From NCBI RefSeq assembly GCF_963921235.1, contig NC_086097.1:87670001-87734000 (forward strand): a stretch of 64,000 nt of DNA, read 5' to 3'. A program made the position numbers and the translations under genes. This document shows positions 1 to 12,244 of this stretch, piece after piece. Position 1 is the stretch's first letter, and every line of letters starts with the position of its first letter. The notes beneath the pieces were generated by a model, which saw only the letters and a program-made list of their open reading frames with translations, did not search any database and had not been told where the DNA came from. The stretch comes from Mobula hypostoma. Lineage: Eukaryota.

Positions 1-1530
1 GCAAATGTTTGGTGTCCTGTGGAAAATTAGGATGGTTAAATCCCCAGGGCATGACAAGGTGTTCCCTTGGACCCTGGGGGAGGCAAGTGCAAAAATCCTA
101 GGCTTGAGCAGAGATTCTTATATCATCCTTAGCAACAGATGGATAGCTAATGTTGTTCCGCTGAATAAGAAAGACTGGAAGAATAAACCAGGAAGTTATA
201 GGCCAGTGAGCTTGATGTCAGTAATGGGAAAGTTATTGGAAGGAACTGATAGATAAGTATTTGGATAGACATTGACTGATTAAGGATAGTCAGCATGCCT
301 TCATGTGTGGTAGGTAATGTCTAACTAATTTTACTGAGTTTTTCGAGGAAGTTACCGGGAAAAGTGGGTGAATGCAAAGCCGTTGATGTTGTCTACATGG
401 ATTTTAGCAAGGGATTTGACAAGGTTCAGTATGGGATATTGACAAGAAAGTTCAGTTGCTTGGCAGTCAAGATAAGGTAGTAAATTGGATTAGATATTGG
501 TTTTGTCGGAGAAGCCAGGGAGTGGTAGTAGACGGTTGCACTTGACTAGTGGAGTGCCGCAGGGATCGATGCTGATCCATTGTTGTTTGTCAACAATCTG
601 GATGATAGTGTGGTTAACTGGATCAGCAAATTTGTGGATGTCTTCAAGAATGGAGGTGCAGTGGACAGCAAGAAAGGCTATCATGGCTTGCAGCGCACTC
701 TGGACCAGCTGTAAAATGGCAGATGGATTTTAAAGTAGACAAGTAAAAGGTGTAGCATTTTAGTAGGACTAACCTGGATAGGTCTTGCACAGTGAATGGT
801 AGGTCACTGAGTGTGGTAGAATAAAGGGATCTGGGAACACAGATCCCTAATTCATTGAAAGTGGCATTACAGGTAGATTGGCTCGTAAAGAAAGCTTTTG
901 GCACATTAGTCTTCATAAATCGTAATATTAAGTAGTGAGGTGTTATGTTGAAGTTGTATAAGACACTGGTGAGGCCTAATTTAGAATATTGTGTGCAGAT
1001 TTGGTCACCTACCTACAGGAAAGATGTAAATATGGTTGAAATAGTACAGAGAAAATTTACAAGGATGCTGGTGGACCTAGAGGACCTGAGTTATAAGGAA
1101 AGATTGAGTAGGTTGGGACTTTATTTCTTGGAATGTAGAAGATAGAGGAGGTTTGATACAGGTATGCAAAATTATAAGGGATATTCCTGTAGATGGGTAA
1201 ATGCAAGCAGGCTTTTCCCATACTGATTGGGTGGGACTACAACCAGAGGTCATGGCTTAAGGGTGAAAAGTTTTAGGAGAACATGCTGGGAAACTTCTTC
1301 ACTCAGTGGGTCGTGAGAGTATGGAACAACCTGCTACCACAAGTGGTGCATGCTGGCTCGATTTCAACATTTAAGGGAAGCTTGGATAGGTCCATGGATG
1401 GTAGGGATATGGAAGGTTATGGTTGCAATGCAGGTTTAATGGGAGTAGGCAGTTTAAATGATTCGGCATGGAGTGGGTGTGCCGAAGGGCTCGTTTGTGT
1501 GCTGTACTTTTCCGTGACTCTGACTCTGAG
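1..1530 (+). mobile_element. CR1 (HER1-type) LINE, decayed RT and 3' end, cut by window start
   Basis: Motifs KSPGHD, YRPVSL, YMDFSK, SGVPQGS, LYKTLVRPNLEYCVQIWSP, GNFFTQWVVRVWN spread across frameshifted ORFs; tail ending gtgactctgactctga. Confidence 0.93.
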
Positions 1531-1559
1531 ATCTAACACTTATTACTTCTCCCTTGAGA

Positions 1560-2260
1560 CTGTAGTGGTGAGCCACTGTCTTGACCTATTTAACTCCTCC
1601 TTGTGAAAGTAGTCCCACAATGATATTGGGAAGAGAGTTTGAAGATTTAGATCCAACAATGATGAAAAATCATATTATATTTCCAAATTGCAATCATCTT
1701 TGACTTGGAAGGGATTCTGCAACTGGTTTCAATGCACTTGCTCCTGCTGTTCTCATCTTTGATTATGGAATTTGAAGTAGTCAAGGCAAATAACTGTAGT
1801 TCATTATGTAGATAGTACGTACTGGAGCTGGTGGCGGAGGGAATGAATATCAAGGCTGATCAATAGGGGGCTGATCAAAGGGCTGATTTGTTCTGGGTAA
1901 TGTCAGAACTCATGGGCATTGTTGGAGATGTATTTACCAAAGCAAGTGGACAGCCTACTATCAAACTTCAAACTTCTGACATGCCTTGTAGCTGGTGGTT
2001 GGGGTTATCGAGAAGTGAGTCCTTTGCCACTGGATATGTAGCCTCTATTTCTGTCTTATACTTACAATATTTATGTAGTTGGTCCAGTTAGGTTTCTGGT
2101 TGAGAGTGATTCCCAGATCGTTGCTGGTGGAGAACTTGCAGATAATAACGCATTGAATGTTTAGTGTAAGTGGTTTTACACCACTGATTTTATAGGTGAT
2201 CATGGCCTGGCACATTTTGTGGTGCAAATTTTACTTGTAATTTATTAGCCCATGCTTGAT
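1560..2260 (-). mobile_element. Decayed CR1/L2-group LINE of a second family (RT C-terminus and 3' end)
   Basis: Minus-strand translation gives DLGITLNQKPNWTNYINIV, resembling the LGVTIDQKLNWTSHINTV block of shark LINEs; multiple stops. Confidence 0.65.
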
Positions 2261-2264
2261 TGTT

Positions 2265-2955
2265 CTCATGGAAGATGGGAGGAGAAGATGGTGGCGCAAC
2301 GCAGCGCGTGCGGCGGCTCCGAAATGATATCGTATTTGTTAACTAGGTACCATGCATGATCCTGATTTGATGGAGACAGACATGAGGAGCATGGTGGAGG
2401 AACATCTGAAGAAACTTCTGAAATGCCTGCTTTGCTGCTATTGCTACTGTACAATCGAGAATCTCCGGAGGGGAAGGCCCCAAATCCTCGGCATTGCCTA
2501 TTGCCTGTTGCCAGGGCTGGAGAGGAAGCACTTGGCAGAGATGGTGCTCGGTGTCGGAGGGCTGGTTGGAGGCTCAAAGTTTTCGGATGGACGCAGGAGT
2601 CGGCTGTGATCGAGTGCTTCCGGGGTACTGCATCGGCAAGTTTGCGGCGCTGGAGGTTCATGGCAGGAAGAGAGTTTCTCTTCCTTCTACCATCTGCGTG
2701 AGATGATGGGACTTTCGAGAGACTTTGAGACTTTTTTTTTCACTGTGTCCATTGTCTGTCCTTTATCAAATTATGGTATTGCTTTGCACTGTTGTAACTA
2801 TATGTTATAATTATGTGGTTTTTGTCAATTTTTTTAGTCTTGGTTTGTCTTGTGTTTCTGTGATATCATTCTGGAGGAACATTGTATCATTTCTTAGTGC
2901 ATGCATTACTAAATGACAATAAAAGAGGACTGCGTGTCCTCATAATTTAATCTAA
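2265..2955 (+). mobile_element. ~690 bp non-autonomous retroposon, copy 1 of 3
   Basis: Colinear with 40780-41450 and 48774-49464; head ggagaagatgg; tail aataaa-gaggac/gtcctc hairpin-cataatttaatcta; candidate TSD attgtt at 2259-2264 and 2956-2961. Confidence 0.88.
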
Positions 2956-4599
2956 ATTGTTGAGACAAGGGATATCTCATTTGATCTTACTGTATATTCC
3001 ATTGAACTTTCTTTTTGTCCACATTGTTTAATAATCTTCCATTAATCGTTTTCTGAGCTTGTAATAGATAACTCTGGTGACAGTGAAACTAGATCAATGA
3101 GACTATCTTCCCTCAGAAGAGGAAGGAAATAACAATGCAGAAGATGAGTAGTATTTCTGTTGTTCCTTGCTCTAGGGCAATAGGATGTAAGCCACATCTG
3201 GCTCTCTGTAGTTCATGGAATATCTGATAGCACATCCAATATGTTCTTTCAAACAAATGGAGAATATTACATGTCAAGAAGACTGATAACAATGGATACT
3301 CTTATCACTTTATTGATAGGAGTATATATTTGAGAAGTCTAAAAATTCTGTAAATGTATACTCCTTGAATGACATCAGCAGAAATCAGCCAGATTTTGCG
3401 AGTTTCTAATGGAGTTACATCATTGGAATAGATACTTTGTCATATCTACTTTGTATATGTATTTAGCTATATTCAGATTCTAGATCTTAAAGATTCAGTT
3501 AATTAATTGAACTGGTCATCAAAGTAGCCTCTTGTCTCTGGAGACCTGATTTGTAGTTGAAATTAGACTGCTAAGATGAACACTTCCTCTGACTACTGTA
3601 AGATTTCAGCTTAAAAATTGTTGGCAGCCTCGGTTGGCCCAGTTCTCACTCTGAATTGACAGATGAAAGTTATTCGAGTTCTGGCATAAAGCTGGGTACA
3701 AGTCCAGAAAGGTGGTCAGCATGAGAACTGGATATTTCATATTTCACTAACCTTGGGAATAAGATAAATTATAACAGCAAGGCCAAGGGAATTCTGTAGT
3801 CCACTTTACCCTACTACACTAAATTAAGATTGCTTGATCATCATGGGAAAGATGTTCGTTTTGGTGGGAAAAAGGTGTAAAAGGAAATGCAGTAAATCTG
3901 CAATTGGGACCGACAAGCTAATGCTCTGTATGCCACGTTATTCCAGTAAACTTTGAGAACTTTGTACTTTGTGACTGGTTCATTTGCACTGATGGCAGTT
4001 TTATGTTCTTTTAAAATTGCTTTTGCACAATGTTTCTTCCAGTGAGCAATTGCTTCAGGGTTCGGTTTTCCCTTCTTTGATGGGGTAAGGCCAGCATGCA
4101 CTCATTTTCAATTACATTGACACAGAACTGTTTATAACAATGGAAACTTTATTTTTATAATGTATTTTAGTCTGAGGTGAAACTGTCTTCCGTTTGGATG
4201 ATTATGTCTCAGAACTAACTGACGTGTGACATAATATTGTAAATTGTCGAGTATACATCAGTTTTTGGCCCCAGATCAGATGCAAATCAGCATCAGACAT
4301 TAATTTTTTTTTTGAAAGATTCTTCTTACATTTGTGACAAACAGTGACGTTGGAAAAGTTATTAAAGTTTAAAGCTCTCTTTCACATACTATGGGAGATT
4401 TTCACAATGTTATAGCTTATGCCATTATTGCCATAATCGGTGTATATAGGAAGGTTCAGTGGATATCCGATATTATACAGATGCCTTTACTCTTCGATCT
4501 TGTGCAGTGTACAGTATATAAACCCCAACATAGTATAAACCAGAATATTAGCCTGTAACGAGAATAATGACGTGATCATCAAAAGAGCATTAATCTGTA

Positions 4600-4880
4600 T
4601 ATCAAACTTCAAAATAAATTTATTATCAAAGTTGGTGTATGTCACCAAATACAAAACTGAGGTTCGTTTTCTCATCAAATCCGATAACCATAATAGAATC
4701 ATTGAAAGACTGCACCAACTTGGGCACTCAACCAGTGTGCAAAAGGAAACAAACTGCGCAAAAACAAAAAGAAAGAAATAATAATAAATAAATAAGCATT
4801 AAATATTGAACATGAGTTGAAGAGTCTTTGAAAGATTGTGGGAGTATTTCAGTGATGGAATGAATGAGGTTATCCTCTTT
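4600..4880 (-). mobile_element. Rex1/Babar-type LINE 3' UTR fragment
   Basis: aaatttattatcaaagt...atgtcacc..atacaa..ctgag.ttc.ttttct tail; the same tail recurs at 21590-21700 (-) and 56670-56765 (+). Confidence 0.6.
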
Positions 4881-5099
4881 GGATATTACAATTTGTCCTC
4901 TATTCCTAATAAATGGTTATAGACTGACTACAGCTGAGACCCCAGTACCAGCACAAAAAGCCCTAAACTACCAAGTTATTCATTAACCCAATTTCATTAT
5001 AAAATACAAGATCAAAAGCAAATTATGTACTTTAGTATACTGATTTAGAAAACTTTCATCTCCCACTTTATTACTGCTCATTTGGTTTGCCCATTCTAT

Positions 5100-5690
5100 A
5101 TTTGAAGATTGAAATTCTGGCTGAGTGGTGTCACAACAACAACCTCTTACTCAATGTCAGCAAGACCAAGGAGCTGGTAATTGAGTTCAGGTGGAGGAAA
5201 CCTGAGGTCAATGTGCCATTCCTCATCGGCAGATCGGAGGTGGAGAGAGTAGGCAACTTTAATTTCCTCAGTGTTATCACTTCAAAGGACTAGTCCTGGG
5301 CCGGGTTCATAAGTCCAATTATGAAGAAAGTACGCAGTGCCTCAATTTCCTTAGAAGTTTGAGAAATTCAACATGACATCTAAAATTTAGACACTTCCAT
5401 AGATGTGTAGTAGAGAGTATATTGACTAGTTGCATCATGGCCTGATATAGAAACACCAATGCCCTTGAACAGAGAATCCTACAAAGATTAGTGGATTTGG
5501 GCCAGTCCATAACCAGTAAAGCCTGCCCCACAATTGTGCACACCTACAAGGAGTACTGCCGCAGGAAAGCAACATACATCATCAGGGACCCCCACCACCC
5601 AGACCATGCCCTCTTCTTGCTGCACCACCAAGTTCATGAACAGTTATTACCCAACCATCAGGCTCTTGAACCAAAAAGGATAACTTCATT
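5100..5690 (+). mobile_element. Rex1/Babar LINE RT C-terminal fragment
   Basis: LAEWCHNNNLLLNVSKTKELVIEFR...EVERVGNFNFLSV, then IIRDPHHPDHALF, typical of the Rex1 RT C-terminus. Confidence 0.88.
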
Positions 5691-5719
5691 TATTAAGTTG
5701 TAAGATTGTGGCAGATGAA

Positions 5720-6380
5720 ATATAATGCTCACTTTCACCCAGTATGGCAGAGAAAAAAAACTAAAGGCAGGGCATTTTTTACATGGTGAGAGGTAGAAAG
5801 GTCTCACTATGTAAAGAATGACTTGGGTGATTCTTCACAGGTTGCTAAATTTTAAGTGACGTGTATATATTTAAAAAAAATAGATAAGTAGAGTAAGTAT
5901 TTTCAGTTTTTATTGTAGGAATGGCTGAGGCTAAGAGTAGAGATATCCTACCCCAATTATATAAGACCTTGGTAAAACTGCAATTGGAATTTATATAGGT
6001 ATGATCCCTCTATGCAAGGAAGCTTATACTTTCAATGAAGGAATTGCAATGAAAACTCACTAGATTACTTCTGGGGAAGTGGGTTTATTACATGAGAGAT
6101 TAGGCAGACTGGGCCTGTATTGGAATGGTGAATGGTAATTTCACTGAAATGTACAGAATTTCCTCCGGCAGCCTTCTAGAACAATGGTTGTAAGTGGTTC
6201 ACGGCATAGATGAGAATTTTATTTACCCAGGCATTCGCGAATTTTTAGAATTCTGCACCCAAGAGGGCCATGGTGGCTGCTGCTGTGTATTTTCAGTTTG
6301 GAGATCTATTCATTAATTGATTTGAGGAATGCCGTTCAGAGACGAATTATCATCCGTGATCTTAATGGATAATGTAAAAA
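5720..6380 (+). mobile_element. Old CR1 3' fragment
   Basis: aagagtagagatatcctaccccaattatataagaccttggtaaaactgcaattggaa is a degenerate KSR..LQLYKTLVRPHLE; CR1 tail features follow. Confidence 0.65.
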
Positions 6381-7738
6381 AAAACACAAGGATTCAAATG
6401 CCTTATTGCTGCTGCTTGCATTCTCAAGTCAGAGACAGCAAACCAGAAAATGAGACTCTAGTAGGGATATGCAAACTGTGGAGTGAAATGTTGGATAGAT
6501 ATTTCAAAGAATGATTAGAGTATGTGGATTAATCCTCAGCCTATTCAAGTTTTAGTGAGAGGTGGTAGAAGCTGTGTTAGTGATGGTGCTTCTGTTGGGA
6601 TTTTTCTTGGCTTAACATGGTTGGAAAGTGATTATTTGATTGCTTTGCTGCAAATTATGAATCTTAAAGTGGGATAGCTATTTTGGGAAAATAGCTTAGC
6701 TTTCTTTATTAGCAATGGTTGGACCACATATCACTTTAGTTTTAAATCTTCCATTGTAAATCTATAAAAAGATAGCTAACAGGCTACAGTACCTTGGAAA
6801 CTTTAGACATATTTGGCTGGTGAGATAAGTTTATACATTGGGATCCTATGTGGTTGCTGCTTCTCTGTGGAACTACACTGAAGTTCATAGGATTATATCC
6901 TCCGCCAATGCTTTTGACCTTTGATGTAGTTAAGAGGCATCATGTATTAAAATAAATATGGTGAAGGTGGTTAGATTTGCGTTTATCAGCAGTCTTCACA
7001 GGCTCTGAATCTTACAGATGCACATGTTGATCAGCAGGCATTCGTTCATGGGTAGTGCACTAGACTGACTGACAAATGTCTGTTGGAGCAGCATTCCTAG
7101 ATGTACACTGGCTCATCTGCTAGGCAGCTTCTGAGATGCGTTGAGAAGGTTATGGGGAGCTTTATCTTTTTTTTATAATTATACTACCTCTGATATGCCA
7201 CCATATTAAAAGATCCACTTGAAAACAGACACAGCCATGACTAGAAAGAAGCAAAGGTCCAGTTTAGAAGTCTCTGCAAGTAGAATTGCTTTGCCCTGTG
7301 TTTTGTGACAGCTGTGGAATCCTCTGGTTGAACAACACAGCAACTTTCTGCTAGCTAGTGATGTTTGAAAAACCTTGCACAGCACAATAATAGAAAGTTA
7401 CATATCTTAAATAGAAACAAAATGGAAAGTAACGGATATTCTTTTTAGAGACGTAGAAGAAAGTGACCTTTCATAACGTGGTCATTTCTGAAGAATAGAA
7501 ACCTAAGATCTTTCTGGGAGTAGACTTGTTCCCTTGATGTTTGAAGTTCATTGTTGTGACCTTAATTAGATATGACATTGAAAGACTTTAGTAGCTTCTA
7601 CAGTCTGACAAGCCTGACTGCCTGAGAATTACAGAGCTTTCTAGTACATCTTTATTGTACCCCTTCTCCAACCCAGTTGTACTTTACCACTAAGGTTTTC
7701 ATTAAAATGAGTTTCAGTGTCTCTGCATCTCCCTTAAT

Positions 7739-8465
7739 ATAGATAGATAGATAAATATACTTTATTAATCCCGAGGGAAATCTGGTTTCGTTACAGCCGC
7801 ACCAACCAAGAATAGAGCGTAAATATAGCAATACTAAAAATCCCCAACAATCAAACAACAAAATGCAAACTATGCCAGATGGAAACTAAGTCCAGGACCA
7901 GTCTATTGGCTCAGGGTGTCTGACCCTCCACGGGAGGAGCTGCATGTTCGATGGCCACAGGCAGGAACGACCTCCCGTGCCGCCGAGTGTTGTATCACGG
8001 TGGAATGTGGCCGAAGTCCAACAGTAAAAAGTTCAATATCCAGTCTGCAAACACGCTCCTCGATCGTAATATGCCCCGGATTGCACCATCCGTTGTTAAC
8101 CAGATCAGTAAGCACCCAACTCCTTTACGCTTACCACTCTCAGTGCACTTTCGGTCAGCCGGAACGGTATTACCCGCCGAACTCCTCTTCTCCAAAAGTC
8201 TCTGTTGTCTCGACCCCGTTCTCTTTCCTCGGCTTTGTGATCCCCCTCTCCATCCTCTGTGTGTTTTCCTCCGGATTTCAGCAGGAGTGTTCGCCGCTCT
8301 GTTCGCTAAACCGGCCGGTATTTGCTGGTCCGTGGAATACACAACGCGATCTTGCTTCTGTCCCGCGTGTCGGGATGTAACCATTTCCAGCGCTAAAGAA
8401 AACCCAAATAAAACTCTCTACCAGCATGTTAGAGAGGGTGCAGCTTCAACATGTTACCATGTGAG
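7739..8465 (-). mobile_element. Internally deleted (three-part) Rex1/Babar non-autonomous element
   Basis: Minus strand: N-terminal RVVYSTDQ..PAEIRRKTHRGWRGG; endonuclease piece ADRKCTESGKRKG / LVNNGWCNPGHITIEERVCRLDIELFTVGLRP; C-terminal RRHGRSFLPVAIE; 3' UTR matching 28236-28480; (CTAT)n tail. Confidence 0.85.
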
Positions 8466-9163
8466 AAAAAAACCCACAAAAAATAAGCTCATTTCTGAGC
8501 AGGCCTACACTTGGTTCACAAGTTAAAATGTAGATGTCCAATTTATTATGGTTGACTTTAGGCCTGAAAATGTTTCTTTCTGGAGACTTGAAAGGAATGC
8601 TGATTGCTTTCAGAGTTACAGTTTTGTTGGATACCTTTCACACTTTTGGACTGATCTTCTTACATGTGGCATGCCAGTCATCTTGTAAACTAAAGAGCAT
8701 TCATTTCTGTCAGTCCTTTCCTTTATTGAAAATGAGCAGTTAATTGATGTTAGTTTGACTAGTAAAGTGGTGACCATTTTCTGATTTTTATGTTCTAATG
8801 GGTCACTTTCTTTTGCAGATTTTTGGACCACATTACAATTTGCATTCCTCCTCAGTGTCTGTGTAAACAGGTCAGTGCTCTGCTTCTCGTGATTTGGTCA
8901 ACAGAAAGGGGTTTGGAATTGATGCAGATGTGGGTGAGGTTGTAAAGCACATCTGCCTCCTGTGTCAAACAGAACATTCTAAAGTACTGGGGACATCCAA
9001 ATAAATGCAGAGTTAAACTCTTTATTTTTTTTTCTTTTGAAGTGGTGGGTGATTTTTTTTAAAAAAAAAGAACATTTGGTTAAAATTTGAATTGGCAAAA
9101 TAATTTTTTACCTGTTTTACCAAAATAACTTTTTTTTTACCTGTTTTTCGCTCTGTCTTTAGT

Positions 9164-9388
9164 GGGCAGTGCAGTAGTGTAGTGGTTAGCATAATGTCAT
9201 TAAAGTCTCAGTGATCCAGGTTCAACTCCTGTTGCTGTCTGTAATGAGCTTGTACATTCCCCCGTGACTACACGGGTTTCCTGTAGGTGCTCCGGTTTCT
9301 CCCACATCCCAAACTTCATACACGTTAGTAGGGCCTGTTTTAGCATGCTGTAACTCTAAATAAAATTTTAAAAATAAATGAATAAAAT
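9164..9388 (+). mobile_element. tRNA-derived V-SINE (HE1-like)
   Basis: A box tagtgtagtgg (~9175), B box ggttcaactcc (~9219), V-domain gggtttcc..ggtgctccggtttctcccaca, A-rich tail. Confidence 0.85.
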
Positions 9389-9449
9389 TTGGGTGTAAGT
9401 ATTCCATTAGTGATTACGCCACAGTTGGGAAAAACTCTGGAGTGAAAAC

Positions 9450-11510
9450 AAACCACTAGAAATGGGCAGATGGTGTTTTGGGTGAAGGCCCTTCATCTGG
9501 ACTGAAAGCCAGAGAGGCAGTAGCCAATATAAAGAAGTGAAGGGAAGGGGTAGAGTAGGAGCTGGCAAACAATAAATAGATCGAGGTGCAGATGAAAGAG
9601 GGAAAAGTAGAGGCTGGAAGGTAGAGGCAACAAAGGGCTGTAAATGATGGGGAAAAAGGAGCATAGAATCAAATGTGCTGAGAGAGGATCTATAGGGTTA
9701 GTTATTGCAGTTCCTCCAGTTGCAGTGGTAAGTACCTCAGGAGGAGTAAGAATGGACAGGGAGGAATGAAGTCACATTGTGATGGCGTTGTAGCTGGTGG
9801 AAGTTGCAAAGCACGGTGTGCTGGATTTGTCAACAGGGGGGTGAAATGAACGAATGAAGGGAACTTCATCCATGTTCTGTCGGGGGAGAAGTGGATTATG
9901 AGCAGAAGTGCAGAAAGTGAAGGAGATGAGCGTGAGAGGCTCTATCAACAATAGAGAAAGTTGGGAAGAGAAGCCCCATTTTCTGAAAAAGGACATCTCT
10001 GATGTCCTAGAGTGGAAGGCCTCATCCACACAGATGCAACAGAAATAGAGAAAGTGAGAGAAAGGAACAACATCTTTACAAGAGAAAGGGAGGGAGAGGA
10101 TGTGTGTAAGTTGGTGGGACTTGTTAAATGTTGGTGGATAGATTGGCTGCTGAGATGGAGGCGGAGAGATCGACAAATGGGAGAGATGCGTCAGAAATGG
10201 TTTAAGCGCACTTGAGGACACAGTGGAAGTTGGCAGCAAAGTTGATGTAATTGTTGAGTTCTGCATGGTTGCAGGAGACAGCACTAATGCAATCAGTTTG
10301 GTAGTGAAGAAGGAGCTGGGGGAGTGATGCTGGAACAAAGGTTGATTCACATTGCCAATGAAAAGACAGGATACCTAGAGCTCCTGAGTACCCCTGTCTG
10401 CACTTCTGACTTGCATTAAGTGGAGGGAGTCAAAAGAGAAATCCCTAAGGGGTAGCATATGTTTTGCCAATCGGCACAGGGCATAGATGGAGAGGTACTG
10501 GTTGGGTTTGTGTTCTAGAAAGAAACAGAGATCCATAAGAGTCCTTCGGATGGGGAATGAATATCCAATCTGAGGATGTGGCACTGGGGGTTGGATAATT
10601 GAAAGCTGTTAAAACAGTGGAGGGAAAACAAGGTGTCCTAATGCAGGTGGAAAGGGATTAAAGAAAGGAAGATAGTATGGAGTTAAGATATGAAGAGGTG
10701 AGAGCAAGCAGAAACAATGGGCCAACCAGGTCAGTCTTGCTTGTGAATCCAGGTTAGAAGACAAAAAGCCACTATTTTGGGAACCATCGGGTCGGAAAAT
10801 ATGGAGAGAAGATGTGTAGTAATATGGGAGACAGAAGCTTGATGATCACTGGTGGGCTCATCGTCAAGAGGAGGGTGTCAGAAAGTCAGAGAACTATCAC
10901 ATAGACACTGCAAGATAGAAGTCTGTCCCCCAGACCACAATGATACTGCCCTAGTCAGCAGATTGATGATGAGGCTGGGACAGGTGCGGAGTGCACGAAG
11001 AGCTACCGATTCAGAGTGGGTGAGGTTAAGGTGAGTGAGAGGAGAGGTGAAGTCAAGGTGGTTGATGTTGCATTGGCAGTTGAAAATGAAAAGATCAGTC
11101 AGAAAGGGGTATCCAAGAGGAAAAGGTGATGGGAGTAGTTATCAAGCGTGGGGAGTGGGTAAGGACTCCTTATTAAAGAACTAGGCATGGAAGTGACAGC
11201 TCAGTTGTGGTCAGACTGGAACTTATTGAAGTGCAGGTACAGGGGTACACAGGTGATGTCTTTGCTGTGGACAGACACCTCTGGATTAGAAAAGGGGAGG
11301 TCAGAGAGGATAATAATGAGCTGGGGTCAGTTGTGGGACTAGAGGACAGCAGGGGAGTGGAGGGCTCATGGGAGGTTAGGCCATCAGGGGGAGAAATGTT
11401 AAAAAGAGTTGAGAGGTGGTGTATTTGTAGGGGTGAAATATGACACTGGGGATGGATTGATTGCTAGCAGGACAAGAAATGGTGGAACCATGTCCTGGAG
11501 GAACTCTGGT
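9450..11510 (-). mobile_element. Decayed Penelope-like element (RT region to terminal repeat)
   Basis: Minus ORF SCKDVVPFSHFLYFCCICVDEAFHSRTSEMSFFRKWGF; degenerate hammerhead-bearing tail at 9470-9505; homologous to 46930-48270. Confidence 0.8.
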
Positions 11511-12244
11511 CCTTGTTTGTATTACTGCTATTTTGATTTGATTTTCCTAAGTATTTATCAAGAGTTCATAACTTGTGCTTCTGGTCGTGTTAACATTTCT
11601 TTCCAAGCTCTCATTTCTTCGTTCATTAACTTGCCATCTATACCTTTTCTGTTTTTTCTCATCTGCGTAGCTTTCTTTTTCCTCCCACTCATTGTTGCTC
11701 TCCCTCCCTCCCTCTCTCCATTTCTCTCCTGTCCTTTCTTCCCCCACTACATCTCTTTTGGGCTGTTGAATGTTAAATTTTGAAGAGCTTAAAAGCAGTG
11801 TGATGTGGATTTTCTTGTATGTTAAATCATTAGCTCTAAAGTACTCCAGTCCAATGTGCCCTTTTGCCTTACCTGCTGTCATTAAGCAGCAGACCTTTAA
11901 CTTTTTAGAAAAGGAATTGGATTTCAAATGAATAACATTTCCCATGTTGTACCGTGCTTTATTAAGGGCCACTATATGATTCTGCAGTGTTAATGAATCG
12001 TGTTGTTTGGCATCATAGGACCTCTGTTGAGCCGTGGGAATCAAGCATGCACTTGATTTTCTAGGGTTTAAAGGTTAAGTACTTTCTATTCATTGTTATT
12101 TGGAGAATGTTGGTGTGAGGTGTATGACAGGCTTCCCATCTGCCAGAACAAGTTAAAGGAAATGGAATTCAAACTTGAGAGTTGTTTGTTTAACCCTTTC
12201 ATCAGCACCAAGTTTGTATAAGTGGATCTGGTAGTAGAATGTAC

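Noticed and set aside
3050..3760. Possible piggyBac relic (LLIGVY..KSKNSV..QILRV..GIK fragments)
   Set aside because: Matches are short, in different frames, with no TIR or TTAA boundaries; cannot be distinguished from chance without an HMM search.
7916..8526. 154-aa and 191-aa plus-strand ORFs
   Set aside because: Antisense shadows of the GC-rich Rex1 mini-element.
9164..9235. tRNA gene
   Set aside because: A/B boxes run directly into a V-SINE core; this is a SINE head, not a tRNA.
11547..12044. 165-aa minus-strand ORF
   Set aside because: Runs through a purine-rich low-complexity tract; no domain or credible splice pair.
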